DNA from: Rhynchopus sp. YZ270_cl-10
Lineage: Eukaryota
Direction of reading: 5' to 3'
Assembly (NCBI GenBank): GCA_964035575.1
Contig: OZ037841.1
Coordinates: forward strand, 1,736,001 to 1,800,000
Length of the DNA stretch: 64,000 bases
Part shown: positions 1-14,553 of the stretch, piece by piece
Layout of the letters: every line of letters begins with the position of its first letter
How positions within the stretch are numbered: the first letter of the stretch is position 1
The notes under the pieces: generated by a model
The model's input: only the letters and a program-made list of their open reading frames with translations
What the model was told of the DNA's origin: nothing
The model's database searches: none
Made by a program: the position numbers and the translations under genes

Positions 1-636
1 ATCACGATTCTGCTGGTGCTGTTCTTTGTTGCAACAGTTGTCAAACGTCCGTTCTTGTCTGCGATGGACAACTTGATCTCTATTGTGCTGAGCCTGTTGC
101 TTGCGTCTGCAGTGTTGGGGATGACGATAGCTATTGCGGCAGAGTCATCTAAGGACAGTGCACTGTACGCAATCAGCAGTGTGTGTCTCTTGGTCTCTGC
201 ACTGATGGTGATGGTTAAGTGTTTGTGGGACTTTGGGATCTACGCCATGGATGTGCTGATCTCACGTCGCAGTGGTGCACGTGAACAGGCGAGGTCTGAA
301 GACACAGGGCTGCAGAAGATGGAGATGGAGACGGAGCTTGTGTCCGATCTCGTAGTGTCTGAAGCGACGTACAGCCCGTCGCATTTGTTACCGCAGCCGT
401 CGACTCATATGAACTTCAGCGACACGTCGTACACTTCTCTGCCACCAGATGTGCAGACCCCTCTCCGTGCGGACGACGGTGAAGAGGCAAAGGCGTTGCT
501 TGACGTGTCAACACTCTCGATGAAGCAATCTGTGCGTGACCCTCTGTCCAGCGCCTACGAGAGCGAAGAAGACAGGGTCGCGAAACGGAAGAAGAGGGAA
601 GTCCGACGCCACGGACGTGAGCTCTCGTGGCTGTGA
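1..636 (+). CDS. Multi-TM surface protein, paralog 1 (5'-truncated; last TM helices and cytoplasmic tail)
   Basis: Frame open from base 1 ([24 protein letters not shown]...), near-identical to the TM core of the five other paralogs; stop TGA at 634-636. Confidence 0.9.
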   Translation: MTILLVLFFVATVVKRPFLSAMDNLISIVLSLLLASAVLGMTIAIAAESSKDSALYAISSVCLLVSALMVMVKCLWDFGIYAMDVLISRRSGAREQARSEDTGLQKMEMETELVSDLVVSEATYSPSHLLPQPSTHMNFSDTSYTSLPPDVQTPLRADDGEEAKALLDVSTLSMKQSVRDPLSSAYESEEDRVAKRKKREVRRHGRELSWL

Positions 637-2640
637 GGGATCATGCACGTAGAGCGTTGGTGTGTCGACGAAAGGTCGCTGCAGGTCCGCTTTGCAAGGG
701 TCGCAACAACGACCTCCTGCGTTGAGGTGAGCAGAGGTGTGGTTGCACGAGAGGCGTTCATCTTACATGTCACCCTTTACTGCTTACTGTTTTTCATAGT
801 CAGGATGTGAATAAGTTTTAATTTTCTCTTCACTTTTAAGCATCTCTTCCTTCCCTCTCACCGCTCCTACTGCGTTACAGTCATAAAGAAAGAACGTTCT
901 CTGCACGAGCCCTGATATCAGCACTGTAGTAGTGCCCTTTGCTGCAGCGTCCTCACCCCCTTGCAACGCTGCCTGTCCTTTTGCTACTGCTTCGTGCAGT
1001 GGTCTACATAATATGCGTCATTCCGTAGCGTCTTTTCTTGACAGCAGTTGAGAATATGTCAACTGCTGCAAGATAAGAAAGCTTCTGTGGAGTGACCTAT
1101 CCCCGCAAAGGGCACTAGGTGCTATGGTTACGGGCGTGGGCGCAGTGTGTTAGTTATAGAGTATCTTGTGGTCACTCGGGATCTTCCAGTTTTGTTTTTT
1201 TGGGTCAGAATAGGCTTCAGTCTTCCCAGGAGGTAAACTGAAGGCCGCCCACGGTGTGTTGGAAGAGCCTGTACACTTTAGGAGCTCTCAGCTTAACACG
1301 ATGTCACGTGCATTTTTTTTTGGGTAAATTTGCGATTCTCCACCGAGATAACGAGTGTCCCCTCAACCCTCCAGCTCGTCCCCCAACCCAAATCACACAG
1401 AGAATTTATATTGCTCCGTTCTAGTCTCACAAATGTTTTCTATCCACTCTCGAAATAACGAGAAGGGTTTTAATTCTATCAGCAAAGCCGTTTTTGTGGC
1501 TCCGGACTGATCGGGTCTATTGATTGGAATCGTGTTATCAATGTTTCTCTTTTATTTTCAATTGGTAAATTAATTCGATAAAAAGTTAGCATATTTGAAA
1601 CATGTAGAAATGGTTCAAAATTGCGTATTTTAGATGGATGTGTCGCAGTGCATATACATCAGGTTTGTGCATATGCAGCGCCGAATTTACTTTGGATGCC
1701 GCACACAAATGCGCTATCACAAAGAGACAGTCGCAATTTCTCCTGCACAAACAGCTCAAACCGGTGACCTAGAGAATTCAGGGTTCAGTGCGACTCAGCG
1801 TCGCACCGGGACAAAGAGAGTCGTGCGTGAGAGGCACATTCATATTTTTAAGTTAGCTATGTAGCAATTGTTAGGAACGTTTTGCGACACTTTTTGTGAA
1901 AAAAAAAACGTCCCTTCTCGTTGTGTGCACGAGAGACACATTCATTTCCAGTTCTTCTGTTTTTTTTTTCATTGTGACGCAGTGCGGGACTACAAGCACT
2001 GTCCTTCACAGTGCAGTTTGTATTACCAGTGTCTGCGTTCGCTTGGCGTCTGCTCATTGTTTTTACCCTATTTTCGAGTGCACAAACGAAGTCTTTTGGA
2101 ACGAATGCAAGGGATAATACAACATAATTGCCTTATGCTGATTAGAGAAGCTAGTGGTCTGAATACCCTTGCAGTGGTTTATTGCATGTTTCCAACATAG
2201 CAATATGTTCCATCAGATGTGCACTTTTAATTTTTATTTTTATTTTCATCCCCACCCACTTCCATCCCCAATTCAAGGACCCTCCGCTCCATTGGCGCTC
2301 CTGCATTGATTGACTGCAAACCGGAGGCCGATATTCATTTATTTTATTGCGCATATGCTCGAGAGGCAAATATCCCGTGCCTTAACCTGCAATACAAGCA
2401 AATAGGGGTACGACAATCACCCCGAAACAGCCGTCTTTTTGTAACGACGCGTTTTCTCCTCAACAGTTTTTGTCCACCGCCTTCTCCTTCCCCCACTCTT
2501 TGTTCATTGAAAGGTGACTAAGCACGAGAGGCTTAGGATCATCTTATAAACCTTTCTTTCATTAGGTTCTGTTTTGTTTTGTTGTTTCTTTCTTTTTGAA
2601 ACCCTGGGTGGTATTGTTGACACCTGAGGATGCACACACC

Positions 2641-3516
2641 CAGTGGTCGCGCTAATTATGGGAAAAAATGGGGAAAAAATGGATTTCGGGTACGGAAAAA
2701 CGTTCCTTGAAAAGGTTAGCTGGGGAGGCCCGGAAACCCCGTTTTGTGGCATTTCCGGGCCAATCCCGGCTTGTGGTGGGGTATATACGGAAAAATGGAC
2801 AAAATTTTAGTGACTTAAATTTTCGCAAAATATGAACCCATACTCGTAAACAAGGGTCATTTTCAGGAAAATTCGGAAAATTCCGAGATTTGGAAGCAAT
2901 TTTTCTCCTGAAAATCAGTGGGTTTTCAGCCCCAAAACATACCGCGATTGGAATTTCCGGAATCCGTCCGCGCTGTGGTGGGGTCACTTTGCCGAAATGG
3001 CCAATTTTTTGGTTTTGGTCAAAATCCATGTGGGTAAAGAGGGCCAATGTAAATCCCACAACCGGATTTTCTCTCCCTGATCCTGACGTCTTGCAACATG
3101 AAAATGCGCGAAAACACCGGCATTTGCATTTCCGGAATTCGTCCGTTCTGTGGTGGGGTCAATTTGCCGAAATGGACAAGTTCTTGGTTTTGGTCAAAAC
3201 CCGTCAGTGTAAGGTAAAGGGGGCAAGTGTTTGCCTGTAGAAACTGGAAGGGAACAGGCAGCGCCGCAGGCGCACGGTAACCAACTTTTTTTTTTTTTTT
3301 TCCTTTTCTTTTTTCTCCTCTTTCTTTTGACTTTCCGAGCCAATTGCGTTCCACGGCGGGGTCACATGTACATGCAAGTCCACTATGTGGTGGTCTTACT
3401 CAACAATATTAGAACTTCTGGTTTCTTAATGAAATCCCCGTACTGCAAAAAAAAAACGTTCCTACCAAAACCCCCAAAAATCCCGGGATGAGGGATGGAC
3501 TTTAGCGCGAGCCCTG
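2641..3516. mobile_element. hAT-type non-autonomous element (MITE)
   Basis: Imperfect TIRs CAGTGGTCGCGCTAA / TTAGCGCGAGCCCTG; 8-bp TSD CACACACC at 2633-2640 and 3517-3524; no transposase ORF. Confidence 0.8.
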
Positions 3517-4533
3517 CACACACCAGAGTTTTCTATTTTTTTTTTTGATTCATGCATCCGGCAATTCTAATAACAAATTATTTCACGTTAGATTTGGGAC
3601 TGACCCATTGGTACGTTTTTTTAATTTGTTTTTCACGCCGGATGTTGATTAAAGTATATTTAGTATGGTGATAGAGCAGCCCATCTGGGCAAAGCTACAC
3701 ACCTTACTTCACCCCCTCCCTCCCGTAGACCGATACCACTACGGTCCTAGACACACATTTTTTTTCCTATTTTGCGATATTGCTCTCGAGCATCCCCATT
3801 GTTGGAATCAATATTATATAGCACAAATATTTTGTTAAAGATGTGTACACGAGACGTGCATTCATCTTTCTTTTCTTTGTTTCGTTTCGTTGATATTTTT
3901 ATTTCCTCACATCCCACCCTTTGCATGAGCACGACCGAGCTGCGTTTCAGCACGTCAACTACTCTTTGGTGTGGCTCGGTTGTGAAATGTCGGCAACCCC
4001 CCACATTCACATCCTCTTATGTCTCACTGCGACCAAAGTTAATGATGCATTTCCCTCACCTCACCACCTGATTTGTTTGAGATTTTGATGGAGTTTAAAT
4101 ACCACAAAACATCTCCAAAATCCAGCAAATTTCAGACAAAATCAGGTGGCTGATGAAATGCATCTATACAAGAGTTGCGCCCCACACAATCAATGCCGTC
4201 ATCACGGCGTCGTCGGACGATGATGTGCCTTTTAACGTCCTGTGTTTTGTTCAAGTTATGCTTATTTTTTCAAGGAGACCGAGCCCGGCTCAGGTTCATC
4301 TTGCACAGTTTTTTCACTCTTATGTGTATGGTATGGTATGCATTTTATCTTTCAAGATTTCTTTTTACAAGACATCTAGTGAAAATTTTCAGTAACCACG
4401 AGTTGTTTTTTCGGTGCTCCTCATCTCTCACACACATTACATACACATCATGAAAATTATCAATTTTTCGTTCATTATTGTGAACAGCGTTTGGTGATTT
4501 TCAAAAAAAAAATGTGTGACTGAGTGTGGGGAT

Positions 4534-6380
4534 CAGGGGTGTCGCTAATTTTGGGGAAATTTTTGAAAAATCTGAAATCGGGGTGCAAATTTTTTTTTTT
4601 ACGTGGGGATCAGAGTTTATTTTTCGATCCGGTTTTTCAGGCCTCAAGGGGGGTCGAAAATTTGTCAGTCGAGCCCGGGCGCGCTTCGCGCGCCCGGGTC
4701 CCCACCTTAGCTCAAGTTGGGGGCCTCCGGCGGAATGTGAGAATTCCGTGGTTGTCCAACTGCGGAGTTCGGCACTTCCCTGATATTTACACCAGGCAGA
4801 CGGGGCACACGAATTATCAGTAACCTCAGTACATTTACAAAAGAAACGGCGGTCATGGCACCCATAGGTTCCTGGCGAAGCCACGGTACGCAACATTTCA
4901 AAAAATTGCGCTTAAAATTACACATTTTTACCGCCAAACTATGTCATGGGAAGGGTGGGTTGCAAGCTTGCGCCGCAGGCGCACGGTACGCTACTTTTTG
5001 TCTTTTGCCATGCTGCATGCTTCCTTTTCCTTCGGCGTTTGACTAATTGAGTCGCGTTCTGGCTGTGACGGAGTCACTTTGTTCACGAGGCACGAGGCTG
5101 AATATGGCCCCATGGCGAGTGCACATGTGGGTGCATGCCGGGCCACCCCCTGGAAATTTTTCGGCCCCCGGATTATTTTTTCTCCACCCCCCCTGGACAC
5201 GTCTGAAAAACCCCCCAAGGGGGGTCGAACCCCCCCCCCACCCCCCCACAAAAAAATCTCTGGTGGGGATTTTTTTTTCCATCACCAGGGGGCGAAAAAA
5301 CAGTGTTTTGTGGCATTTCCGAGCCAATCCCAGGCTGTGGTGGGGGATATACGGAAAAATGGACAAACTTTTAGTGACTTAAATTTTCACAAAATATGAA
5401 CCCATACTCTTAAACATGGGTCATTTTCAGGTCTGAAAACCCAAATTCAGATGAAATTGTGGTGTTTTTGACACTACTGAGAACAGTAGGTAGCGCCGCA
5501 GGCGCACGGTACCCAACTTTTGTCTTTTTCCCTTTTCTCTGCGTTCTTTTGATTGTGCGAGCCTATTGCTCTCCACGGTGGGGTCACATGTGTGCGCTAA
5601 AATGCGCTAAAGTACCCTTACTATGAAGTATGAGATTCTCTGGTTTTAGCAAGGAAACCCTTGCAAGCATGTTCCCAGATCACGAAAAAAGGGGAGGCGT
5701 TTTTGGGCGTTTTTGTTGGCATCGTCCGATGCGGTGCAATTGCAGAAAGTGATGGGGTTTTGGAAAAATGGACGAGTTTTCGGTATTTAAGTTTTGACCA
5801 TTTTTTTATTCCTGTGCACTTTTCGAGACTGCCGATTCTCGTAAACAAGGGTCATGTTCAACTCTGAAAACACAGCTTCAGATGAAATTGTGGTGTTCTT
5901 GACTGAGAACGGTAGCGCCGCAGGCGCACGGTACCCAGCTTTTGTCTTTTTGTCCTTTCCTTTTTCTCTGCGTTCTTTTGATTGCGCGAGCCGATTGCTC
6001 TCCACGGTGGGGTCACATGTGTGCGCAAAAACACGCTATGGTACCTTTACTAAGGAAACCCTGGTTTGCAAAAAAAAAAAGGGTAAGGCAGGGTAAGGTA
6101 AATCTGGAAATCCCACCCAAAAAAAAAAAAATCTTCGCGGGGTGAGGGCGGCACCTGGGGATTTTCCCTGACCCCCAAAAACCTCGTTTTTGGAACGTTC
6201 TGACACAACCGAGTTCACGGTGGCCTCTCACTTAAAAAAAGAACAAGTTGTTAACACATTAAACCCACCCTGTATTAGGTGCAAATTTTTTTTTTCCTAC
6301 ACAGATTTTACTAGGGGTGCAATTTTTTTTTTTGGTTTTGAAAAAGTCGGGACCCTGGACCCGAATTAGCGACACCCCTG
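4534..6380. mobile_element. hAT-type non-autonomous element, copy 1 (carries a nested insertion)
   Basis: 17-bp TIR CAGGGGTGTCGCTAATT at both ends; 8-bp TSD GTGGGGAT at 4526-4533 and 6381-6388; an inverted copy lies at 19419-20589. Confidence 0.9.
4611..5262. mobile_element. Nested hAT-type MITE
   Basis: Imperfect TIRs CAGAGTTTATTTTT / AAAAAAATCTCTG; TSD GTGGGGAT at 4603-4610 and 5263-5270; the other copy of the host element has a single empty site (ATCCCCAC, 20513-20520). Confidence 0.8.
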
Positions 6381-7700
6381 GTGGGGATGCGTTCAAGAAT
6401 TAATCTCTTCCCCCCAAATCCTCTTTCGTATCTAGTTTTCTTTATCCAAACGTCAAGTGGACGCGTAATAATTTTAGGTGACTAAGCAGTCTTTCAGACG
6501 TATTTGTATTTCAAAAATATAACCACAGCGTACCCCAGATAGTTGTTCAATGGCAACAGTGATCCTCAGAGGGTGCGGTTTCGGCAAATGTATACCGTTC
6601 TGTGAGGTGATTCTTTTTAGATGACTAAGAACGTGAGGGTTAGGTTCTTGTTGTTAACTCACCCTTCAAATATCAGCAGTGCAGACACCCAGGGTGTGCT
6701 ACACGACACTCTTTCATTGTCCCCTCTCTCAAAGGTAAAAAAAAACCCCCCCGGGTTTTCTAGCACAGCTATTGGCGTTGCAAACTAGGAACACAAAAGC
6801 GTCAAATGGCGAAGTTTTTTTCTGGTTTTGTTGCACCCGGTACTGCGCTTTAAAATTCGGCCAAGAGTGATTTTCTCCTGGATTTTTGCCTGGATTTTCC
6901 CTGAGTAAAATTATATGGTAATTCTCTTTAAATTACTAAGTGCGTGATCGGCAGCCACCTAGTACTTTTTGTCAAAAAGTGTACTTTTTGGTTCCGCATT
7001 TCCCTGCTCAGGTTCTTCTGATTTCCTATTACAAACGGTCTTTTGCGAGGTGACTACGCTACGTGAATGCTTACGTTCCTTCCCAAGATTTCGTTTCCCC
7101 CTCCCCTCTGAAACGGTGTCCCATAGTGTTCTCGAATTGTGTCCACCTTTTGAAAAATTTGGAATACACAAAAACCTGCACGTGTGGTGACCACCTGCGT
7201 AGATGTCACACAACATAGCCATAATTATCAAACTGTTTAATGTGAAGCACGTGAGACACCTTTATTTTTTAATTTCCTCCCATTGGCTGCAGGGGTATGC
7301 AGGACTATTCTGTTTTGTCCTCAGGGAGGTGAACGTCCCTGCCCCTCAATGCAAAGTCTCGACCCAACCTTTTTGCTGCAAACGCATTTCTGTACCGAGC
7401 TACCTTAACCTCTACTTGATTGTCTCGAGTCCCGTTTTCTATTATTCCTTCAAACATTTCACAGCAGGTTTGCTTGTAACAGGAGACCAGCCCTGCCTGC
7501 ACTCCCCTTCAAAGGCGCTGTACAGAAAATCCTACAAAACAAGCGGCCTCTTTTGTTGTTTGAGGGACAGTTGCTTCTTCCTGTCCTCCCTCTTCACCGC
7601 GTGTAGGAGCACTGCTCCGAGGCTAGGGCCCGTAGCCTGGGGGGCGGGGGTTCCTTTTATTGTCCCTTCCCACGACGTCCACACAACACACAGACCTAGG

Positions 7701-10700
7701 ATGGGTGTTCACACAATGCAGATGTGGTGTGTGCTGCTGCACTGTGTTCACATTGCTGCCATTCAGATGCGCATCACAACAGGGATAAGCACCTCGTCAG
7801 GCACCGTTCATGGCATGACAATCGTATTAGACCAGACACACACAAGCACCGATGCCTGCACATACCGGCTGCCCCATGCCCCCAACACCTTAGGCGAGGT
7901 ATTCGACTTTACTGCTAATTGTGCCTTTCCCTCAACAGACATGTGGCGAGTGCGTCTCCGATCAGATGGCGGCTCTGATGGCTGGGAAGCACGCGTCAAA
8001 GTGTACAACGACGCAACGTCAGCATGGGAAGACTGGGTGGATTGGAATGGCGGAGACGCAGCATGGGTCAAGGAGGACGACTTTGGCATGTATCCCCACA
8101 AGCAGACCGTGGCACCACCCACACCTTCACCGCCCACACCTGCACCCCCGACACCTGCACCACCCACACCTTCACCTCCGACACCGGCACCACCCACACC
8201 TGCACCACCGACACCTGCACCGCCCACACCTGCACCCCCGACACCGGCACCACCCACACCTGCACCACCCACACCTGCACCTCCGACACCGGCACCACCC
8301 ACACCTGCACCACCGACACCTGCACCGCCCACACCAGCACCCCCGACACCGGCACCACCCACACCTGCACCGCCCACACCGGCACCGCCTACACCAGCAC
8401 CCCCGACACCAGCACCACCCACACCTGCACCGCCCACACCAGCACCCCCGACACCAGCACCACCCACACCTGCACCACCCACACCTTCACCGCCCACACC
8501 AGCACCCCCGACACCGGCACCACCCACACCAGCACCGCCGACACCAGCACCACCGACACCAGCACCACCCACACCTTCACCGCCCACACCTGCACCCCCG
8601 ACACCGGCACCACCCACACCTTCACCACCGACACCTGCACCACCCACACCTGCACCACCGACACCTGCACCGCCCACACCTGCACCGCCTACACCAGCAC
8701 CACCCACACCTTCACCACCGATACCTGCACCACCCACACCTGCACCACCGACACCTGCACCGCCCACACCAGCACCCCCGACACCGGCACCACCCACACC
8801 AGCACCGCCGACACCAGCACCACCGACACCAGCACCACCCACACCTTCACCGCCCACACCTGCACCCCCGACACCGGCACCACCCACACCAGCACCGCCG
8901 ACACCAGCACCACCGACACCAGCACCACCCACACCTTCACCGCCCACACCTGCACCCCCGACACCGGCACCACCCACACCTTCACCACCGACACCTGCAC
9001 CACCCACACCTGCACCACCGACACCTGCACCGCCCACACCTGCACCGCCTACACCAGCACCACCCACACCTTCACCACCGATACCTGCACCACCCACACC
9101 TGCACCACCGACACCTGCACCGCCCACACCTGCACCGCCTACACCAGAACCCCCGACACCAGCACCACCCACACCAGCACCGCCGACACCAGCACCACCG
9201 ACACCAGCACCACCCACACCTTCACCGCCCACACCTGCACCCCCGACACCGGCACCACCCACACCTTCACCACCGACACCTGCACCACCCACACCTGCAC
9301 CGCCTACACCAGAACCCCCGACACCAGCACCACCCACACCTTCACCGCCCACACCTGCACCCCCGACACCGGCACCACCCACACCTTCACCACCGACACC
9401 TGCACCACCCACACCTGCACCGCCTACACCAGAACCCCCGACACCAGCACCACCCACACCTGCACCGCCCACACCTTCACCGCCCACACCAGCACCCCCG
9501 ACACCGGCACCACCCACACCAGCACCGCCGACACCAGCACCACCGACACCAGCACCACCCACACCTTCACCACCCACACCTGCACCTCCGACACCGGCAC
9601 CGCTCACACCAGCACCGCCCACACCGGCACCTCCGACACCGACACCACTCACACCAGCACCACCCACACCGGCACCACCCACACCTGCACCGCCGACACC
9701 TGCACCTCCGACACCGGCACCGCTCACACCAGCACCCCCGACACCTGCACCGCCTACACCTGCACCACCCACACCGGTACCCCCGACGCCTGCGCCACCG
9801 ACACCTGCACCACCGACACCTGCACCCCCGACACCTGCACCGCCTACACCTGCACCACCCACACCGGTACCCCCGACGCCTGCGCCACCGACACCTGCAC
9901 CGGCAACTAATGCTCCACCAACACTTGCGCCGTCTACAACTGCTCCACTGACACAGGCACCGTCAACGTCTTCACCTCCCACAAGTGCTCCACTGACATC
10001 TGCGCCACTGACACAGGTGCCGTCAACTTCTGCACCGCCGACATCGGTGCCACCAACGTCCACACCACCAACACCTGCACCTCACACTGCCACACCACCG
10101 ACGGTGCCACCTGCAACACCAGCACCAACAGAGACAACAACAGCACCACTGCTGCGAGACACACCGACAAGCGGTATCAAAGCGTCTGTGAAGGAATACC
10201 TGAAGAAGGTGAACACGGCTGCTGGTGCTGCAGCAGTTCTGGGTGGTGGTGCAGGGAATGCAGGGAAGTTGGCTGTGCTGAACAGCTTTGGCTGTCAAAT
10301 GGACGACGTGGATGTGGGTGACGAGCCACTGGACTGGGAGTTCCACCCGACAACGATATCACTTGGGAGTGCAGTTGGGCGGTACAAGCTTGCGGCGATG
10401 GTGATGAACCCTGTGGTTGTGGTGTGCATTGCGCTGCTGGTGCTGTGTGCAGCTGCAGTCATGCAAGCAACACTGGGGTACGGACGTGAGAAGGCAATCA
10501 GTATGACACGTTTTCCTGGGATACTGTACATCCCATACCTGTTCTTGCTGCAGGGGACAAGCCTTGTGGCGGCACAGGTTGTGTTTGACCCTTCACGCTA
10601 CCCAACAATGGTTGCAGTGCTTTCGTACGTGACACTGGCACTGTGTCTGCTGTCGCCTGTGCTGCTGTACACCGCTGTGCTGCGCCATGTGAAGAGAGAG

Positions 10701-11561
10701 GCGGAGCTCTTTCCAGACCCTGCGATTGTGGGGAACCCAGCGACAGGCGAGCCTGGGAAGCGTTCCACCAGTTCTGTGTACAAATTTGCGTTTGGGACAG
10801 ACATCTGGGTGTCACGACAGAGCTACTTTGCAGAGAAGTACGGGAACTGCTTTGAGAACGTGAAGCCGACGTGTCTGTGGTACATCCTGTGTGAGCTTGC
10901 GGTGATTCTGTGTCTGTCGCTGTTGTCTGGATGGCAGCCCACCTCTGTTGGGTCTTGCAACACACGCAACATCTTCATCACGATTCTGCTGGTGCTGTTC
11001 TTTGTTGCAACAGTTGTCAAACGTCCGTTTTTGTCTGCGATGGACAACTTAATTGCTATCACACTGAGTGTTCTTATGGCTTCAGCAGTGTTGGGGATGA
11101 CGATAGCTATTGCGGCAGAGTCGTCTAAGGACAGTGCACTGTACGCAATCAGCAGTGTGTGTCTCTTGGTCTCTGCACTGATGGTGATGGTTAAGTGTTT
11201 GTGGGACTTTGGGATTTACGCCATGGATGTGCTGATCTCACGTCGCAGTGGTGCGCGTAAACAGGCGAGGTCTGAAGACACAGGGCTGCAGAAGGTGGCG
11301 ATGGAGACGGAGCTTGTGTCCGATCTCGTAGTGTCTGAAGCGACGTACAGCCCGTCGCATTTGTTACCGCAGCCGTCGACTCATGTGAACTTCAGCGACA
11401 CTCTATCACCAGATGTGCTGACCACGAACCCAGATGAGCTGAACATACTTCTGAAGGAACACGAAGGCAGCGACCATTCTCCAACCAGCGCGCTCAGCAG
11501 CTCCCGCAAAAGCAGTTCTTCCAGGAGGTACGGCAGGAAAGGCGACTGGCTGTGGGTGTAG
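7701..11561 (+). CDS. Multi-TM surface protein, paralog 2: signal peptide, PLAT/LH2-like domain, (PPTPA)n stalk, ~7-TM core
   Basis: Part of ORF 7203..11561; likely start is ATG 7701 or 7716, ahead of hydrophobic [13 protein letters not shown]. The N-domain IQMRITTG...SSGT...[13 protein letters not shown] resembles the PLAT consensus (by eye). Conserved TM core follows. Confidence 0.85.
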   Translation: MGVHTMQMWCVLLHCVHIAAIQMRITTGISTSSGTVHGMTIVLDQTHTSTDACTYRLPHAPNTLGEVFDFTANCAFPSTDMWRVRLRSDGGSDGWEARVKVYNDATSAWEDWVDWNGGDAAWVKEDDFGMYPHKQTVAPPTPSPPTPAPPTPAPPTPSPPTPAPPTPAPPTPAPPTPAPPTPAPPTPAPPTPAPPTPAPPTPAPPTPAPPTPAPPTPAPPTPAPPTPAPPTPAPPTPAPPTPAPPTPAPPTPAPPTPAPPTPSPPTPAPPTPAPPTPAPPTPAPPTPAPPTPSPPTPAPPTPAPPTPSPPTPAPPTPAPPTPAPPTPAPPTPAPPTPSPPIPAPPTPAPPTPAPPTPAPPTPAPPTPAPPTPAPPTPAPPTPSPPTPAPPTPAPPTPAPPTPAPPTPAPPTPSPPTPAPPTPAPPTPSPPTPAPPTPAPPTPAPPTPAPPTPAPPTPSPPIPAPPTPAPPTPAPPTPAPPTPEPPTPAPPTPAPPTPAPPTPAPPTPSPPTPAPPTPAPPTPSPPTPAPPTPAPPTPEPPTPAPPTPSPPTPAPPTPAPPTPSPPTPAPPTPAPPTPEPPTPAPPTPAPPTPSPPTPAPPTPAPPTPAPPTPAPPTPAPPTPSPPTPAPPTPAPLTPAPPTPAPPTPTPLTPAPPTPAPPTPAPPTPAPPTPAPLTPAPPTPAPPTPAPPTPVPPTPAPPTPAPPTPAPPTPAPPTPAPPTPVPPTPAPPTPAPATNAPPTLAPSTTAPLTQAPSTSSPPTSAPLTSAPLTQVPSTSAPPTSVPPTSTPPTPAPHTATPPTVPPATPAPTETTTAPLLRDTPTSGIKASVKEYLKKVNTAAGAAAVLGGGAGNAGKLAVLNSFGCQMDDVDVGDEPLDWEFHPTTISLGSAVGRYKLAAMVMNPVVVVCIALLVLCAAAVMQATLGYGREKAISMTRFPGILYIPYLFLLQGTSLVAAQVVFDPSRYPTMVAVLSYVTLALCLLSPVLLYTAVLRHVKREAELFPDPAIVGNPATGEPGKRSTSSVYKFAFGTDIWVSRQSYFAEKYGNCFENVKPTCLWYILCELAVILCLSLLSGWQPTSVGSCNTRNIFITILLVLFFVATVVKRPFLSAMDNLIAITLSVLMASAVLGMTIAIAAESSKDSALYAISSVCLLVSALMVMVKCLWDFGIYAMDVLISRRSGARKQARSEDTGLQKVAMETELVSDLVVSEATYSPSHLLPQPSTHVNFSDTLSPDVLTTNPDELNILLKEHEGSDHSPTSALSSSRKSSSSRRYGRKGDWLWV
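8113..9905 (+). repeat. Coding 15-bp tandem repeat, (PPTPA)n mucin-like stalk
   Basis: Units of the form CCACCCACACCTGCA with synonymous and S/E/V/L variants. Confidence 0.95.
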
Positions 11562-14553
11562 CGTTTGCCTGAACACACGATGTGGTTTTGTCTGAGCTCA
11601 ACATCGTTTTGGTGTTGCTCTATTTATAATGATAATTGCGATGTAATGTGCCCAGAGTCAGTTTCCAAGTTTCTTCATTGTGCAGCACGTCGCGTATCTG
11701 CAAGGCTTCGCGACGTGTACTCGGACAGCTTGCCACACCAAGCTTCCCAGTGGAGAAACTTTGGGGATAACCCGGCGCAATTACCCCCCATTACTACTTA
11801 GTTTATTTCGACGTTTGATATGCACTGGTGGTCCTAAGATTTTTTGTGTGCCCATTTTGTCACTTCCACTGGCAGACGATGTGGGGCTCCACCACATCCT
11901 GACCGCATCGTTTTATCATCATATAGTTTTGACTTATTTTGTTCTATTTTATTTCGGACAAAATGGTTGGTAAGTGCCCTCTCTTTACTGACGTCCTCGC
12001 AACACAAATGCTTTGCTGCTTTATTTTTGTGCTCTGCATTCTGTTGAGTTCGCTTTGATTGATGCATGAACAACTTGTCGTATCTCTTCCTTTCTCCCAC
12101 CTCCCTATATATTTTTTGCGTTCATTACTTTCTGTAATAACCAGCCATTCCATGAAAAACCGTATACAAAACCCCTGTTATTGGTAAAAATACTAGACAA
12201 CTTCTACTCCATTAATCTTTTCGCTTTTTTTTTTATTTGAAAGCGCCGAGCTCGGATATGCAGACTAGCGCATTTTCGACAACAAAAAAATACTTTATAT
12301 TTCCGGAAACGATGTCGTCCGTGGCCACATAATTTTAACAGGGCCCCAGGTCCCCAAAAAAAATATTTTTTCTCTTTTTTTGGAAGATCGGGTACGAAAT
12401 CTTTCAATTCCGGGGTCGGACGATTTTTTTTATGCATCTGTTGATGTCTATTATTTTTTGGGCAGTTCTTAGGCGGAAGGTCCCTACTAGGAAGTGCCTT
12501 ATGGTGCCCCTTTTACAGAGGAATTCCTCTATATTTTAAGGCCACGCTTTCGTCAAAAAATAAATTGCCCAAGCACGCGTTTGAAAGATGCATTGCAATA
12601 TCTTGCAATTCCGGGGTCGTACGACCAACGGGTAGACGCAGAAGGCGACCAGGGTACTACCGTATACCAGCGGCGAACACCCCATTTTCCAAGGTAATTT
12701 ACCCTGCTATTTATAGCTATAGTGCAAAATTACCCATGGTAAAAAAAGTAGACAACTTCTACTCCACTAATCTTCTCGATTTTTTTTTAAATGAAAAGCG
12801 CCGAGCTCGGAAATTCAGACTAGCGGGGTTTTGGGGGGTTTTTGTGACTGCGAAATTGTTGAGATCACTGGGAGAGCCGGACCCCAAAGCTCTCCCACAC
12901 ATCCTCGGATGGTATTTTTATATTTTTTTTTTTTGAAAAAAATATTCTCAGATCCGGGGAGTCAAAATGAATCAAATGCGGGTCGCACGATAAAAAATTT
13001 GCATCTGGGTTCTCTGAGTGACTTTTTTGCAAAAGTATACGGATTTTCATGGAATGGCTGATATATGTTTTGCGTTCATTACCTTCTGTGGACTGTGAAT
13101 GGCAGGAACGCTTTTTGGTCCTGCAGTGACGGGTGTCGTTTGTGTGTGTCTCGGTCTTGCGTTTTCCGCTTGGAACTGCTGAACAAGGAAATAGCTTGGG
13201 TACTTTTGCTGGTTTCAAAATCAGAACGAGCTGGTTTACTGGTTTGGGGAAAAATAAATAAAAAAAAGTGGGATTCGGGACTCAGTTTTTCGTCGCCCCG
13301 CACCACTTTCCTACGCACAGAAGAAAGCCTCACACGTAAGCGAACCCCTAAAAAAGGTTTATTGAGCGACTCTGTGGTGTAAAAAGCTGCATGTTTTGCA
13401 CTATACCCTAATTTTTTTCGCCTGCGGCGCCACTTTATATAATTTTTTTGCTCCGCAAAAAAATAGAGTTTATATTGTCTTAGGGAACCCCCTTGCATTT
13501 TGCAGCCACAAATGCAACTTGACCAAAGCTGCAAAAAGTTGACCGTTTTTTTTTCAAAATGACCACCGTTGCAACAGCCCCTGCTTCTGGAAGACGTGTT
13601 GACTTTGTACGGTTAGTGGAACATAAGGTGCAAGACCAAGCTCCGTTAACACAGGGGTATATTCCATTTTCTTGATTGTCTCGCAAAATTTACCCTTTGC
13701 CTCTCCGCTCTGTGGTTGGCAGGGAGGCGCGCGCGAAGCGCGTGACGACCGCTTTCAACCGGGGAAAATTTTTTTCTAAACCAGCAAACCAGCAACATTT
13801 GAAAAGTGCACCTTTCAAGCTACTACCCTGACTGCTGAAGCAATACGTAAAAAAAACCCCCCCTGGCATTTGAAGATTTGTGTGTGTTCGAGGCATCGTT
13901 ATCTTTCTGCCTGTCCTTTTGCTACTGCTGTGTGCAGTGGTCTACATAGTATGCGTCATTCCGTAGCGTCTTTTTTTGCAGCAGTTGAGAATATTTCAAC
14001 TGCTGCAAGACAAGAAAGGCAGCTAGCTTCAGGAACTCTCAGCTTAATTTAACGTTACCACGTGCATTTTTTTTTGATAAGACAACTTGTTGTCAATTCT
14101 AAAAATATTAGAGGCAAGCGGTGCAGGCAAACAAAACGGATTGAAAAAGACAGAAGCTTGCTTGTTCTTTAACAACTATACTTCAGTTTAACATTCACCT
14201 TTTTGTTTTCCGTCCTTGAGCGCACAAACAAAAGACCAGATTTTTTTTTTGCGATTCTCCACCGAGATAACGAGTGTCCTCTCAACCCTCCAGCTCATCC
14301 CCCAACCCAAATCACACAGAAAATTTATTTTGCTCGTTCTAGTTTCACAAATGTTTTCTATCCACTCTCGAAAATAACGAGAAGGGTTTTAATTCTATCA
14401 GCAAAGCCGTTTTTGTGGCTCCGGACTGATCGGGCTATTGATTGGAATCGTGTTATCAATGTTTCTTTTATTTTCAATAAAGTAAAAGATTCCCTCAAAG
14501 TATAAAATTTCGACGGATGTGTCGCAGTGCATATACATCAGGTTTGTGCATAT

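Noticed and set aside
7203..7700. 166-aa N-terminal extension of paralog 2 (and the extensions at 28514, 41276 and 46974)
   Set aside because: Spacer sequence whose paralogous copy (from 27771) is interrupted; signal-peptide starts lie downstream.
7808..10063. Long alternative-frame and antisense ORFs over the stalk (His-rich 676 aa, Thr/Cys-rich 628 aa, Gly/Val-rich 751 aa), and similar ORFs over the other stalks
   Set aside because: Shadows of stop-free 12- and 15-bp coding repeats; synonymous variation follows the P/T frame.
12196..12825. Direct repeats AGACAACTTCTACTCCA... related to internal repeats of the 14554-15697 element
   Set aside because: Probably a transposon remnant, but I could not find TIRs or a TSD to define it.
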